DNA from: Paraspadella gotoi
Taxonomy: Eukaryota; Animalia; Chaetognatha
Direction: 5' to 3'
Length of the DNA stretch: 64,000 nucleotides
NCBI GenBank assembly: GCA_051294375.1
Contig: JBJCIZ010000239.1
Location: 2,989,476-3,053,475, forward strand
Within the stretch, counting starts at the first letter, position 1. The number at the start of each line of letters is the position of its first letter. Below, in pieces: positions 51,263-64,000 of the stretch. Made by a program: the position numbers and the translations under genes. The notes under the pieces were generated by a model. The model did no database searches, had not been told where the DNA came from, and was given only the letters and a program-made list of their open reading frames with translations.

Positions 51263-54200
51263 TCAACTGAGTCCAAAACCATGGCAGTTTTTCAGGGCGA
51301 TTTCCAGTTTGGTTCTCAACTTGTGACGCGTTTGATACTGCGGCAGCAGCAAACGGTTGAAACACGTCATCGCTGATGGAAGGCGCTCTGAATCCTCTCC
51401 ATGCCACTGAACAATCATTGGCATCTTGCCTAAACCTAAATCAAGGAGAAATAATGAAGGCTCAAAGACATGAGGAACTCCTAAAGGTTTGTGGCGGTAT
51501 ATTCATATATATACCTTGTAAAGGAACTCTGTCGCTTCCAGTCACGAAATGCAGGAGTTTCTTCTTCGAGTCTTGATCGAGATCTTCGTGAACGACCGAC
51601 CAAAAAATACGGACAGTCGGGTGACTGGAGGAATAGCCGTCCTCGTATTGGCACGAACGTTCCAGGGCCTTGACGAAAATGAAGCAAAAGCTACTCGTGC
51701 GAAACAAATGAAGCTAAGTAATTTGTGGTAAAATCGGAAAGATTATATTGAACATTCTGCTAAAGACCCCCCCCCAAAAAAAAAAAACCAAACGAGGTCA
51801 ATGGTTACAAACCTTGAAGTTTAACTCGTTGCTTCCGGCGACGAGCAACTGCAATTCTTCCGGAGTAAAAAGATCCAAAGTGACTTCGCCGGCGACGCAA
51901 TGGAACCCCGAGGAAAAGGAGGAGAACTGCCGCTTGTTTCGCCGCTGAAAGAACGCGGCCATGTACTCCTCCACGAAAAAGAAGCGCGACGAGAGCGTAA
52001 CGGGAATCTAAGGACAAAAGAGATTTTTTACATTTTAACGGGTGAGGAGTCAAGTTGGAACTTCCTCGCTGCAACCTTTGACGACGATCTGGTTGCGCAG
52101 AATATTCATCGTCTTTATCAAAGATTTCCCTTAATCTTTAACCATCCCATTTCCAAGAAAACAACGCCGACCTGATCGCCGTCGGGAATTAAATCCACCG
52201 TCTCGTAACTTCCGCCCAAATCTTCGAAATGAACTCGAAAATTGAGGCAGAAGGTATTTTCAAAGTCGTCGCCGTCGTATTCGAGAATATCTTTTAAACT
52301 CGCGCACACGGAGGGCTCGATTTGACGAAGGTCTTCCAATCCGCAGGGCTGGAACGAAGATTGATTATTAATCAACGATCAATGATTAAGTTTGATAACA
52401 TCAACGGAATGGACCTATAAACGGACTTGGTTGGTCCTAGTGATGTGATTGCTCGTCTCCTTCACGAATCATCAGAATGCCGACGAATCACAGACCTTAC
52501 TTCAACCTTAGATTGACCAATGACCGACAGAGGAACCGACGGAGGGATTGATGGTCAAAATTGCTAAGAGAACTCTAGGCATTCACCTCTACACTCAAAC
52601 TCAAGAAAGAACACTTCTTCAAAATTATTGAACTGTTTAATATTGTCATCACCTTTGTCTTAACCTTTGTCATCGTGTCATCGTTACCTATGTCATCACC
52701 CTAATCATTGTCCGTCATAAATAAAACCATTGTCAACCAAATACTTTGCCACTTATTAATTACCCTCGTTATTTGACTAAACGTCAACGATAAGAAAACC
52801 CGGAGCGACTGGGGGGGGGACGTAACGGGTTAGGCGGGGGGAAAAAAATTTCAAACCTGGCTCAATATCTTTTTGTAAAGCGCGAGCGGGAACTGGGCGG
52901 GGATGATGATGCCGTTGTAGACGGCGAGGCCGACGATGGCGCCGACGAAGAACCAGAGACTCAACGGATCCTCGGCGCAGAAGGGAAATGAGGAGAAGTC
53001 GAAGGAAAGGAAATGAGAATCGGAAGAAAACCAGAAAAGGTTGGAGGGAGATAGGAGGCGGACGAAGAGATCTGGATCGGAGAACAAAGGGGAAAAAAAA
53101 AAAGGGATTAACATACAACGAATGAAAAGAAAAAGAAAAGAAAAGAAAAGAAAAGAAAAGAAAAGAAAAGAAAACCTTTTTCGTCGACAGGATCGAACAG
53201 GGCGTGGGATATAACTTGGAAAAATTCCTTCTGAAGGCCGCCCATGTCCAGTCCCTGTTCTCCTAATCCCACGTAAATGATGCGCAGTGGCTTTTTGAGT
53301 TCTTGCTCTTTCAGTTGAATCTGATGGAAGGCGTCTTCCAAGAGATGGTCCCTGTGAAGAGGCGTTGCTTTAACGATTTGACCAACAAACGAAAATTAAA
53401 TATAATTGACTACCTTCTAATCTCAAGCACCAAAAAAGGGCACATGGAAGCTTTGACTTGTTGCGGAATGGGGAGAGAACGATTCAACATTTTCTTATAC
53501 TTTTCAACTTGATTCACGATCGCCTATTGAATTAACGTTGAAATCTTAATTTCTGTTATACAATAAAGTTATGCAGTAAAGATGGGAGACCTGATGAACT
53601 ATCGCTTCCTGATAACGAATCCTCATTTGAGCGCAAGCGTCCAAATGTAAGATTTTCACTTTGGTCGGCGGATCGAGGAGAAAGGGGGTCGATAGGAAAG
53701 TGAAAAAAGAATTGTTCGTCGTGTTCGTCCCTGGATTCTCCTGCGTCAACAAAGAATGAAAACTGAAATGGAGCATAGTAATTGAAATTGCAGTCAACCC
53801 TGTCATTGATTCTTACTTGCAGCAGACGCATCCAAGCGTCGTATTCCCTAGAGAGATCGAGCTGTTTGCAAAGATCGTTGCAGTAAAAGATTTTCAAGTC
53901 GATATCGTTTCTCCCGACGCACGATTGATGCAATATAGATAGTGAGACGCATATTTCGACGATGGACCTAAAATCATAAGTATTTTTTGCTTAACAAAAC
54001 GACACGATAATAAAAATGCCTTGCACTTAGCAAAATAAAAAAAACGGCCTCGAACCAAGTCAAATTTCTCATTTAAAAGAACAAATATAAAAATTTCTTA
54101 CCTGTCGACCATCATCTCGGTTCGGACGGGGATTCGAGAGTCGGTCAACACTTCCTTAAACCTGTCGACCAAATTTCTCATTTGCCGATCGGGAACCAAA

Positions 54201-55094
54201 TCACGAAGCATGTCAATAAAACGAGACGAAAGCTCCGGTTTAAAGGAGATTTTCCAAAACACTTGGGCCAAATTGAAAACCGTCGCCGCGGGTCCATGTT
54301 TGTTAACATCTGCAGAAAATAGTTGGACAGAAGCTGCTGAGGCTGCTCACGACGAACGTCGAACAAGCTTGGCAATCTTAACTAACCTTCGAATACGGGA
54401 TGCACGAGAATGAGAACGACGACCCTCAGAAAAGCTTCATTCTCCATGACTTCCTCGTCCTTGGCAATCTCCATCAAGAGAATCTCCAAAGCGTCCATCG
54501 TCGACGCCGCCACGTTTGTCGAAGGCTCCAGACGCCAGAGCAGATCGAAGGCGCTCAAGGCGGCGCCGATGTCGAGGACGGGCTGTTGAGCGGGCGGCGA
54601 GATCGCGGGCGGCTGATCTTGCGAATAAGCTGGCGACGACGAGGGGAGATCGAAAGAAATTTCGTCGACGTCGCTCGATGGGACGACATCGGGATCGAGA
54701 GAAGAAGGATTGAGATCGGATCTTTTCAAAAAACTCAAAGACATCGCCTCGAAGGAACTGATAAAGTGAAAGAGGTTTCTTAATAAAAAAAAAAGAGCAT
54801 TTTTAAAATGAAAAGACCAACCTGAAGACAGTGCGGATGGAATTTTCGACAAAGGCCGAATCTCCTGTCGAGTCGTAATCCGCGACCGCCTTGGTCACCA
54901 TCTCTAGAGTGAAGTGGGTCAAAGAGAATTGGGTCGGCGGGTCACCGACGTCTTCGGGAACCAAAATAGGACTTTGCTCCTGCGCGTTGTCGTCAAAGTC
55001 CTCGTCTTGCGACGTCACGTCAATGAGCGGAAGATCGAGAGAAGTCAATGAAGAAGCGGGAGAAACGTCCTCTGAAAGTATTCGCCATTATCAC

Positions 55095-55163
<69 letters not shown>

Positions 55164-56628
55164 CACCATTCTAATTAAACTCTCATAAATTCGCCTAACC
55201 TGCGAACAAACTTACTCTCAGCTTCTTTCCAACATGGTCGGATTTTTGTCCCGAGCCAGACGCTGCCTTCAGACGTTACTCCCGGCAATTTGTCCGGCGG
55301 TGCGGCTAATTTAAAAAGGCGGATGAGGTAGGGTAAAAAAAAACAAACAAACAAACCAACGCACACGAACTCGAAGTAGAGCCCTGGTGAATCTTTCGAA
55401 TGGCTTTGGTTTTGATGAGGGACTGAGGACTGAGATCGCCCAAGGACCCGTGCATCGTGAGTTGCTGAGGTTTGCTAAAGGGCAAGTGGGCGAGTCGCTG
55501 TCGAGAATCGAAGGGAAGCTGGAGCCGGGATTTGGACGAGTCTACGACCGTCTCGTCGCCGTGGAGATGAGGAGCAGAGTTCCGACGTTCCCGAGACGAC
55601 GAAAGCAGCAGGGATTTTGGGCGGGAAAAGCCGCGGTTGCCTGGTCATAGATTAATTAGCAAAAAGGTTATGCCTTGAGGCAAGAGTAATATTCTACTTT
55701 ACTATTTGAAATACCTCCGCTGGAAGAGAGCGCTGGCGATACGGAGCGATGCCTATCGTTAAAATTAAAGAATACCTCCTCATTTGGATTTTTGAAAAGT
55801 GCCTATGAATTTATAGCAAGGGGAAGCGTAAGTTTATCTTGTACGTATAATTAATATTCGAAACGCAAAAACATTCCGAAAGAATAAAGCTGGCTTATAG
55901 CGTTCATTGCCAAAATTTTAAGACAAAAACTAACTTACTTGAAAAGGAAGGCTTTCGTACAAAGCATAGAGGAAGGGTTTGGGCTGCTCCGGAGGCGAGT
56001 TCAACACTTCCTTCGATATTTGCCTACTTTCAAAACCGACAGATCCGGGACAAAAGTAGGTCGAGGTTCGAGAACAGAGTTGAATGCTGAAAACGAACGC
56101 CATCCCCTTGTGAAGCTTCAAACCCCAGGGGCAAGAAAGACAAAACCTGGAGAAACGGAGTAAAGCGATTAAACCGATTGGCTCACTCCCACCATGGAGG
56201 CAAGCGCAGCATATCAACCAACTGAGCCCCGTTAGTAAACTACGCCACAAGAAATGGCTAAACCTTTTTCCACCTGTTGTCGCAGTCGACAGTCCCGCAG
56301 CCTTCGGTGAGTTGATAAAAGTAACGACGAACAGAATTGGCGAAAACTTGTTTGGCCGAGGAGTCTCGAGATTGTGGATCATCGTAGCTCCGTTTGGGCA
56401 ACGCTGCCCTTAAACTCAAATCGCTGAAAAGTATTGTTCAATGTTCATTGTTCAAATTATGAGAAAGTAAAGCCTCATGATGATAAAATTCTTCAGCCAT
56501 TACCTGTCCGAAAGGGCATTTAGATTACTAGCGCTGAGCGTCCTCGCTCCCAACTGGGTTTCGTAAAGACTCGATTGAGAAGAATAAGAAGAGCATTTTT
56601 TGTGACAAGTTCCTCCTACACTGGACAT
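51263..56628 (-). CDS. HECT E3 ubiquitin ligase (HECTD2/HERC/UBE3A-like); 5' exons less certain
   Basis: EIRRDHLLEDA, LKKPLRI-YVG-GEQGLDMGGLQKEFF, FPLALYKK, LLHFVTGSDRVP, LPSAMTCFNRL (catalytic Cys), GFGLS*. Confidence 0.88.
55097..55162. repeat. (TAT)n microsatellite in a HECT intron
   Basis: Direct inspection. Confidence 0.9.
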
Positions 56629-57110
56629 GGTTTTAGCTTTGCATTAACCCAAAGAGAAAAAATTAAAACTTCTTTTAGATAACCATTTTATTGGGCTTTG
56701 TTTGACATTTAGTATCATACGACCTAAGATATAAGAAATAACTTATTTAGTTATGTAGTTTTTTTTTGTTTTTTTTTTAATTTTCTGCATAAAAGAAGAG
56801 ATGGAATAAAAAAAAATATCGGCAAAAAAGGTTGCATGCTAAAAAGTCGCTAGCTAATAAGTTATAACTAATCTTTAAGAAATAATTGTTTTCTTAACCA
56901 AAAAAAAAATATATATATGAAATTTATTATCAGCCATGTTTTAGTCGCTCGAGCGATAATGAAAAAAAANNNNNNNNNNTATGAAATTTATTATCAGCCA
57001 TATTGTTTTAGTCGCTCGAGCGATACTGGAAAAAAAATCACTGTAAAACTCATAGTTTTCGAAATAATGTTTGTAGAAAGTTCCAAGGTTTTTTCCCCTT
57101 CTTTTTTTTT

Positions 57111-59316
57111 TTAGGGAATTCCATCATTTACAGCCTTTGTGTCCAAATAAAGGTCCTTGGTCATCATGGAAGTAATGCAAGGAATCTGCTTTTTCTTGTG
57201 CATATCCCTAAAAATGTAAACGGGAAGCAAGTATTAAGTTGCAGAATCGCCGAATACTCGCCGAGTAAAATAAATCTAACGGATAAATGGAAGTTCTTCT
57301 CCACGTTTAAACATCACTAACTTATTGGACGTGTTGCTTTCAAAGTTGAGGGCGACTTTCTTGTTGACTCTCGTCAGCAACTTGAGCAAATCCATTGATT
57401 TTCCGTATTGATCGAGGCATTCGCACAAAGCCTAATCGGAAATCAAAGTGATATTGATAATGGAACCACTGAAAATGGATTTAAAGAGAGACTTCTCACC
57501 TGAACAAAGCGCATCGAATTCCTCCAAGAAAAATACCCGGGAACGACGGAATAAGCGATAAGATTCGACCTAAAACATTTTTTTTAATAAAATTAAAATT
57601 TCCTAATAATATATAAAATTTATATGTATAATAATTATTAAAGTTTTTAAAACTCACCGGGAGCCTTTCGGAAATTTCCGTGTTGGCGTCCGCTTTGTGA
57701 AGATCGACTCCTTCCATCAAATCCGTACCGCTAAGGGAGATATAAATTTTTAGTTTAGAAATGAAATCAAAATTCAAAATTCGTTTTAAATGAACCACAA
57801 ATTATTCTGCTACACGTAGTACTATCTAGGAGAAAAATGTATATCACATAATTAATTTAGTATACAAAATATTAATAAATCATTTTCAATATTTAGTATA
57901 CCCTTCCTCGGCATCGACTATTACCTACATTTATCTGGGCATACTTTAATACAACAAATTGAGGTATGACAGTAAAATGTTTTTCTACATCTTTAACACA
58001 ATTCTTTTCAGCCCCGATGATGATATTACACGTTTTTTATTCTTTTTTAAGAGCCATAATATCACTTTTGTGAACCAAAAAAAGGTGCAAAGCTTTTAAC
58101 ATTGCTAAATTAAAACAAAAAAAAATAATTAACTTTATTCAAAATACAAATAAATAACTAAATACCAAAAATAGTAAAAAGCTAAATATAATTTTTTTCG
58201 CTATTTTTCATTTGAAGGAACTATTTTTTTGCCTATTACTTTTAAACGATTTGGCCTACAAAAAAATAAAAAGAAACAACTGAAAAAAAATTTAATATAA
58301 ATTCGAAAACATTTTTATTTTTTTTAAATTCAATAAGTTTTTGAGTTGATTAAAAATGTAATATACTTTTTTCCTAGATAGTAGGTACGTAAAGTTCCAT
58401 TGGCTCACCGGCAGGCTTGAATGAAGAACATCTTGGGCTTCCCCACGAGCGAACTGCATCGGTCTCCTCTAAAGGGTTTGGTGATTTGATCGATCTCTAA
58501 CTGCCGATCGGTTCCGTAGATGACCCCGTCCTCTCCGTGAGAGAGGATGGCGCAACCAAAAGTAGCGCAATCGGAATGATCAAACGCCGCCATTGTCTGC
58601 AACGGAAACCGGTCATGCAATGAATCTTCACACTTCCGCCCTATTCTTTTTTTTCATTTCATAATTGCATCCCAATTTACTATAATTCCTTTTAATAATT
58701 GTTTACTTGAAAGAGCTTTAAAATGGCTCTCGCGTTCAAATTAGTGTGGACGGAAACGTCGAAGCCTAATTCCTTGAATCGCAAATAGAGGGCTTGTGCG
58801 TCGACATCGGTACCATTGCGCTCGCCCATCCCGGTTTTTGGTTCAAACGTTTTGTTGCTGACGATTACAAACTAAATTCCAATCAAATATAATGAAAAAC
58901 TCTTACGATTGGGAAAATAATATAGCTTGTTCTATGAATGAATGAATAATTTTTATGTTGGTTGTACTAATCGTATAGTCTTTGGTTCGTCGCTATTCGT
59001 AACGTACCTTCCCCATGGACGGATAAGAGAGATCATAATGATCTGTGGCGGACCACAAAACGGCCTCGGCTGACTCGAGCTTTTTTTCGGGCGGAGAGGC
59101 GTTAAGGTTGGCGCTACGAGAAGGGCGGACGAACTTGGGAAAAGCATCGGTGTCGTCGTCGTTAGATTCCAGGGAAGCGTTTTGGTCCATCGGGGAAACG
59201 GAGCCGTTCTCGGGGGATTCGGCGTCATGAGCAGGAGACGGGGGTCGCAGGACGCCGTCGGTAAACAGGTTCATCGGCGTACCGTCGTCGATAGGGGTGG
59301 AAGCCCCTTCCGCCAT
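57111..59316 (-). CDS. Effector caspase-3/7-like gene with an apparent frameshift in exon 57500-57569
   Basis: RNGTDVDA, ILSHGEDG, GKPKMFFIQACRG, YSVVPGYFSWRN, KQIPCITSMMTK; one internal exon is 70 nt between two phase-0 introns. Confidence 0.85.
57822..58381. mobile_element. MITE in a caspase intron
   Basis: TIR CTATCTAGGA...TCCTAGATAG with TA on both sides. Confidence 0.75.
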
Positions 59317-59380
59317 GACAAAAAAAAGTGATTTTGTGTAATGTAGATAGACGCGACGTAAGTTATTTTGTAAAAAACAT

Positions 59381-59412
59381 TTTTATATCCAGCAAGTTGG
59401 GAATGTAGTCCG
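59381..59412 (-). promoter_or_regulatory. Candidate caspase promoter: ACTACA-TTCCCA (ZNF143/THAP11-type) motif plus TATAAAA
   Basis: Minus strand CCGGACTACATTCCCAACTTGCTGGATATAAAA, 65-95 nt upstream of the ATG; no AG dinucleotide within 113 nt of the ATG. Confidence 0.5.
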
Positions 59413-59691
59413 GTGTATGTAAACACAAGCTTGAAACGGTGAAAAGGCAAATTTTTTTTTTGTGCTTTTTTTATTCCTGTGGCCCCTGAGAAAGGCGATC
59501 AGCAAATCGGTGCAAAGGCTCAATTCCACGGTGTAGATTAAGGCCTAAAACTAAATGGCAGTACTGGCAATTAGTGTTTAGAAAAACATTCAATTAGCCA
59601 CCACAATTCAAGTCGAATGACAAAATTCAATAACAGCAATAGAATAAAGACTAGAAAAACCACAAAAATGAATGACGAAGAGTATCATGAA

Positions 59692-60665
59692 TTAAGTAGA
59701 AAGGTCCAAAGCGGTCATAACAGCTCGCCAGGCTGCTTCCGGCGTTGGTTTCTCAGCGACGTATTTCCGCACATATCCTTTCGCTTCGATGGCCTTCATC
59801 GTGGAAGGTCCGATGGCCACCATTGCGATTTCGTCGACGGGCCACTCCATCGCCTCGAAAATCGGCGAGGTGATTTTTACTCCCGAAGGCGAGAAGAAGA
59901 CGAAAGCGTCGGGATGACGTGGAAGAGTGGATGAGAATGTTCGGAGATTGTTGAGGATGCTCGGATGGGCAAGTGTATCGTACGCTGAAATGGCCGAGCA
60001 TTCGATACCGGACTTTTCGAGCTTTTCTTGAAAAGAGGGACTCCTGATGCTCGACGCGGGGTAGAGCAAACGTGGTCGATCTTGGAATTAGATATAAAAC
60101 TAAACATCATGAGAACGGTACATATGCGCAGATGAAAACCTATTTTTCTTACCAACAATACCATCGCCTATTCTTTTGGTAAAATGTCGAATAATGTATT
60201 CGGCTAAGTTGTTGGCGTTAAGGGACTCCATCCCGAAGAAAGACAATGGATGAGAACAAAGAGGGTTAAGTCTTGACACGGCAGCGTCCCGCGTCGCCTC
60301 ACCCACGACAAAAAATGGTAAGTTTGTCCAGGTTTCGCCTTCTTCCCAGCTCGTTGCCAAAGCTTGGACGGCTCGAGGACTCGTTACCACGATCCCTGAA
60401 CGGGATGGTGACGATTATTAAACGACCTTTTCTCATGAAGGTAGAGTGTCCCGAGTCCCAACGTACCGTCCAACTCGTCGCTTCGTCTCAAATGGTCGCG
60501 AAGCCTTTCCGAATTGATAAACTCGTAGGCTAGAACCGGAACAGAAGTCGCCGATAATGACGATTCACTAAGAAGCGTTTCGTAAGGATCCGAATTAGTT
60601 TCGTCGCCATTTTCTCGCGGCTCGCGAAATAAAATGACGCTTTTACCCATGTTCAGTTTTAACAT
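59692..60665 (-). CDS. UROS: Uroporphyrinogen-III synthase (3 exons; alternative ATG at 60650)
   Basis: DPYETLL, VPVLAYEF, IVVTSPRAV, VVGEAT, LLYP, FFSPSGV, AIGPST, AEKPTPE. Confidence 0.93.
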
Positions 60666-60740
60666 TAAATTCAATACCTAACAAAGAAAAAACAAAATGG
60701 CAGGGATGAGCCACTATCTAAAAGGTTTCAGAGATTGAGA

Positions 60741-61383
60741 CTAGACGTTTCTCTTCTTTCCTCCCTTCTTGACAACAGTCCATCCTCCATCGTTTGTTTC
60801 TTCATCCACTTCCATGCTTTCTTCATCCCCTTGGCCTTCCCCTTCAGGAACGAGGGTAGGGGGAGAACGGCTCGAGTCTGTCGTGAGAACGCCAGCACGG
60901 GCGGGAGTGGGGAGGTCGGCTTCGTCGTCGTCGTCTTCGCCTTCGTCCGTAGCGACCGAGACTGGACAATCGACTCGGGGCGCGTCCTTAATGGCCGCTT
61001 CCACTTCGGCAAGTAATCCCCGTTTGATCTTCGCTTGAAAATCGCAAATCGACTTCGAAACGACGTCTGTTAATTAGTTCAAAATTTAAACGTTTATCTT
61101 TCAAAAATTTAGTTAAAACATAAATCCGATTGGTACCTAAACTTCCGTCATCGACGACGGTGTCGAACTCGTTCCAAAAAACGTCCTGATAGAATTCGGC
61201 CAATTCTCTCGGTTCGATGCCCTCGTTCTCCGTCATCCACTGTTCCGTCGCGCCAACGAGCCATTCCGCTTTCGCGGCGCTGTCCCGGCCGCCGGCTCCT
61301 TGACGCACGCACGTCTGCAGCGCAGGCCACGAGGACAGGGCGTGGGCGATCGAACGGTGAAACAAAGTTGGTGTGGAAGTCAT
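60741..61383 (-). CDS. TSR2: Pre-rRNA processing protein TSR2 (2 exons)
   Basis: WPALQ-CV--G-GG...KAEWL, NEFDTVVDDGS, acidic tail with DGGWTVVKK. Confidence 0.93.
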
Positions 61384-61780
61384 CGCACTGGGAGTAACAA
61401 TTGTAGTCTATGCGCGAGAGATGAAGTTAAAGTGATACTTTTGTTTCGATGAAAGAATAAATTACGGACTGAGTAAGACATCGGTTTCAATCAAGCAATC
61501 AGCAGAAAGATATTTAATTAGTAGCGTGTGCAACTCTTTCAATTTTTTACTAATCGTAGTGTAGCATAGTATAATATAGTTGCTATATTATTATAGTATG
61601 ATAATTTTCATTTCCTTAAACGTTATATTTATCTACGGATGTTCATTAAGTACAGAATGTCACAACTCACAACTCTAAAAAAGATTCGTGTCGCTGCTAA
61701 GTCTAAAAACTCGTAATTTTCAATCCTTGGCAAAGATGAATTTGGAAAAGAGGAGAGAAACCGGTGCCTTTCTCAAAAAG

Positions 61781-62125
61781 TCAGCCCCAAGGAAACCATG
61801 AACCTCCTTCCGGTTCGATTTTGTAAAGTTGTCGGCAAGACTTTAGGTTCTGCGCCAATTCCGCGCACTTCAAAAGATCGGCGGAGTTATGAAAGGCGCA
61901 ATCCAAAAAGGTTCGAGTTTGCGCGGCGCAGGGAGAGTTTTCCAGGCTGCCCCCGTGTGGCAAAGGCTTTTCGCTCTGGGACGACGGCCCAACGGGCGCG
62001 GGAGGGGGGGAACTCTTTTTCGAATACGCTTCCCACTTGTCTCTGGCAACGTAAACGATGACCGTTCCGGTCGCGACTGCCGCCGTGGTGATAGCGGCTT
62101 GTTTAAAAAGGTCCTTGTAAGACAT
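61781..62125 (-). CDS. CHCHD2/CHCHD10-like twin-Cx9C protein (intronless, short N-terminus)
   Basis: TTAAVATGT hydrophobic segment; PC-x9-C-x10-C-x9-C. Confidence 0.75.
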   Translation of the reverse strand: MSYKDLFKQAAITTAAVATGTVIVYVARDKWEAYSKKSSPPPAPVGPSSQSEKPLPHGGSLENSPCAAQTRTFLDCAFHNSADLLKCAELAQNLKSCRQLYKIEPEGGSWFPWG

Positions 62126-62386
62126 TTATGAAGGAAGATTCTATTTTCCTAAAAATCATTCGACGATTTGAGAGAGGAAATTGGGAACAATAACAGTCAT
62201 GTATATTACACAAATACATGAATTAAGAACAGTTTGTAAAAAAAAATAGTCGTAGTGTAATAACTAAAAATTAGCTTTAGCAATTATTTTCTTCTGTTGC
62301 TAAAACAAAGGCACGTTTTTTTTCCAGCGACATAAATTAAGTAATAAGCGAGAATATATCTCATTTAATAAAAAAAATTAATCGTT

Positions 62387-63557
62387 TTATGCGGGATCCT
62401 CTCGGGTTTGGACGCCCCAAATTTTCGTCGATTCGGGACACCTCGACTTCATTTTGTTAGGATCCCAGGGCGTAGGTCGAGCCACGTAAGAGAAGTAGCT
62501 TTTGTTGATTTGAAATCCGCTGCGAAAATGACGAGCGAACTGTTTGAGAACTTGGCCTGACATGATGCCGAAAACGTCGAGGCGATGGAGGTTGTCGCAG
62601 TCGGAAAGCGGGAGGAGGATCGAAGGAGGTTGAAGGCCGTAGCACCGCGAAATGCTGCCAGAAAAAGTCGCCAACAAATAATTATAGAAAGTATTTAAAA
62701 GCTTACTTTAGTTAGGGGTAGCCGCACTCAATGGGGCGAGTCAAAAATTTAGAGCGAGTACATCCTCAAAGGAAAATTTAGACATTTTAAAGTATACTTT
62801 CAATGGACCAAAAAAGTTTTATATTGCTTGTTATTATTATTTTTATTATTATTTTTTTTCATTATTTATTTATAGATAGGAAAGGTTAAAACATTTTTTG
62901 AGAAATTTAAAATTTTATGACCAGATTTCGATAGCTCATAAAAAGTTGTCTGCACAAAGTATAATTCTTTTTAAAATATTTTTATGATAAGTAGGTTAAA
63001 AATTTTTTAAAAAAACACTAAAAAATTATCGTCATAATCATCTTTCGATGATTTTATCAGTTTTTTAGATTTTCACTGAGAAAATGTTTCTCTATATAGA
63101 TTATAGTAATATAATAATTTTAATTAGGCGAGTAGCCTCAGAAGAAATCATTTTTGACAAAAAAGTTTTTAATATTTTTAATATTTTTAATCTATGCTCA
63201 TGAGTCATGATATATTTTTTTAACGCTGTATACATTAGCATTTAAATTTCATCGGCTATGGCTACTTTAGTCGCGTCGCAAAAGATTTTCAAAGCATTTT
63301 TTTTCTCCTGAGGAAATGGATTGATCAAGAAGCTCATCTTCGCTTGGATTTTTGGCCTTTTCTTTTCTCTTGACCAATCAGAGAGGAGGCCGTCCCTCAT
63401 GAAACCAACGGGAGAGAGATGAATGAAGAAACGAGTCTTCAACTTACCCCTAAAACTAAATTAAGAAACTAGTATCAAGTTGTTATTCACTATTTTTTGT
63501 ATCTTTAATACTAGTTTTAATCTTCAAAATTTTGTTTAAATATCATTATCTCCTCGT

Positions 63558-63640
<83 letters not shown>

Positions 63641-64000
63641 CAATCCAACGTTACTACGTTGTTATCCTCCTCCTTCTCTTTACCTGGTTATCAATCAATC
63701 AAAATACTTTTTTTTAATTTCTTGTTTTAATAAAATATTTAATACACACATAATAAATAAAAACAATCATGAATCAACAAATCATGTCTTGGGCGACGAC
63801 GATAACAACAACGAATAACACTTCCACATATCAACCTGAGATGCTGCAACTGCGTCAACTTCTCGCAGAGATCGGGGACGGATAAGACTGTGAGAAGGTG
63901 AGAGTCGGAAATGTCAAGAACCTCCAAGGAGGAGCATCGATTTGAGAGACGTTGGAGGTTCCCGTCGTCGAGAGTGTTGCGATTTCCCGAGATGTTGAGC
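62387..64000 (-). CDS. SKP2: S-phase kinase-associated protein 2 (F-box/LRR), last two exons; 5' part outside the window
   Basis: LNISGNRNTL...RCSSLEVLDISDS...LQHLSISRCY...LDVFGI...IN-SYFS-VARPT...KIWG matches the SKP2 C-terminus. Confidence 0.9.
62930..63062. repeat. Dispersed AT-rich repeat, inverted homolog of about 45-180
   Basis: AAAAGAATTATACTTTGTG-AGA-AACTTTTTAT-AGCTAT shared in opposite orientation. Confidence 0.65.
63559..63640. repeat. (AAT)n microsatellite in a SKP2 intron
   Basis: Direct inspection. Confidence 0.9.

Noticed and set aside
56916-57025. Direct duplication of about 45 bp
   Set aside because: Flanks an N gap; typical unmerged contig overlap
60160-60180. GC donor in UROS
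   Set aside because: A GT donor in the same phase lies 6 nt away, so it is not counted

Overview
Gene-dense, intron-rich animal (metazoan) nuclear DNA with CpG-rich exons and AT-rich introns; the species cannot be named from the sequence. I can reconstruct 22 recognisable protein-coding genes plus one candidate orphan, and all 23 lie on the minus strand. In transcription order they are SKP2, CHCHD2/10-like, TSR2, UROS, caspase-3/7, HECT E3, dsRBD protein, CMAS, TMEM8/PGAP6, MTIF2, TCAIM, COMMD10, IDH1, CMC4, DET1, orphan, AP1M1, RPAP2, MESD, C2H2-ZF, UBR7, FEN1 and RMND1. Stop-to-ATG gaps are as short as 75-89 bp, the tightest gaps lack AATAAA, and most start codons have a pyrimidine-rich AG acceptor 2-50 nt upstream. 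This fits a very large polycistronic unit (or run of operons) resolved by spliced-leader trans-splicing; this is an inference that needs RNA data. Introns and spacers carry small non-autonomous elements: TRIM-type mini LTR retrotransposons with extended tRNA-Trp complementarity (one family has a tRNA-like Pol III promoter in its LTR), Penelope-like repeats with minimal hammerhead ribozymes, Helentron/DINE-1-like elements and MITEs. The caspase has its own TATA-type promoter and a frameshifting lesion in the small subunit. Exon coordinates were read by hand and may be off by a few bases.
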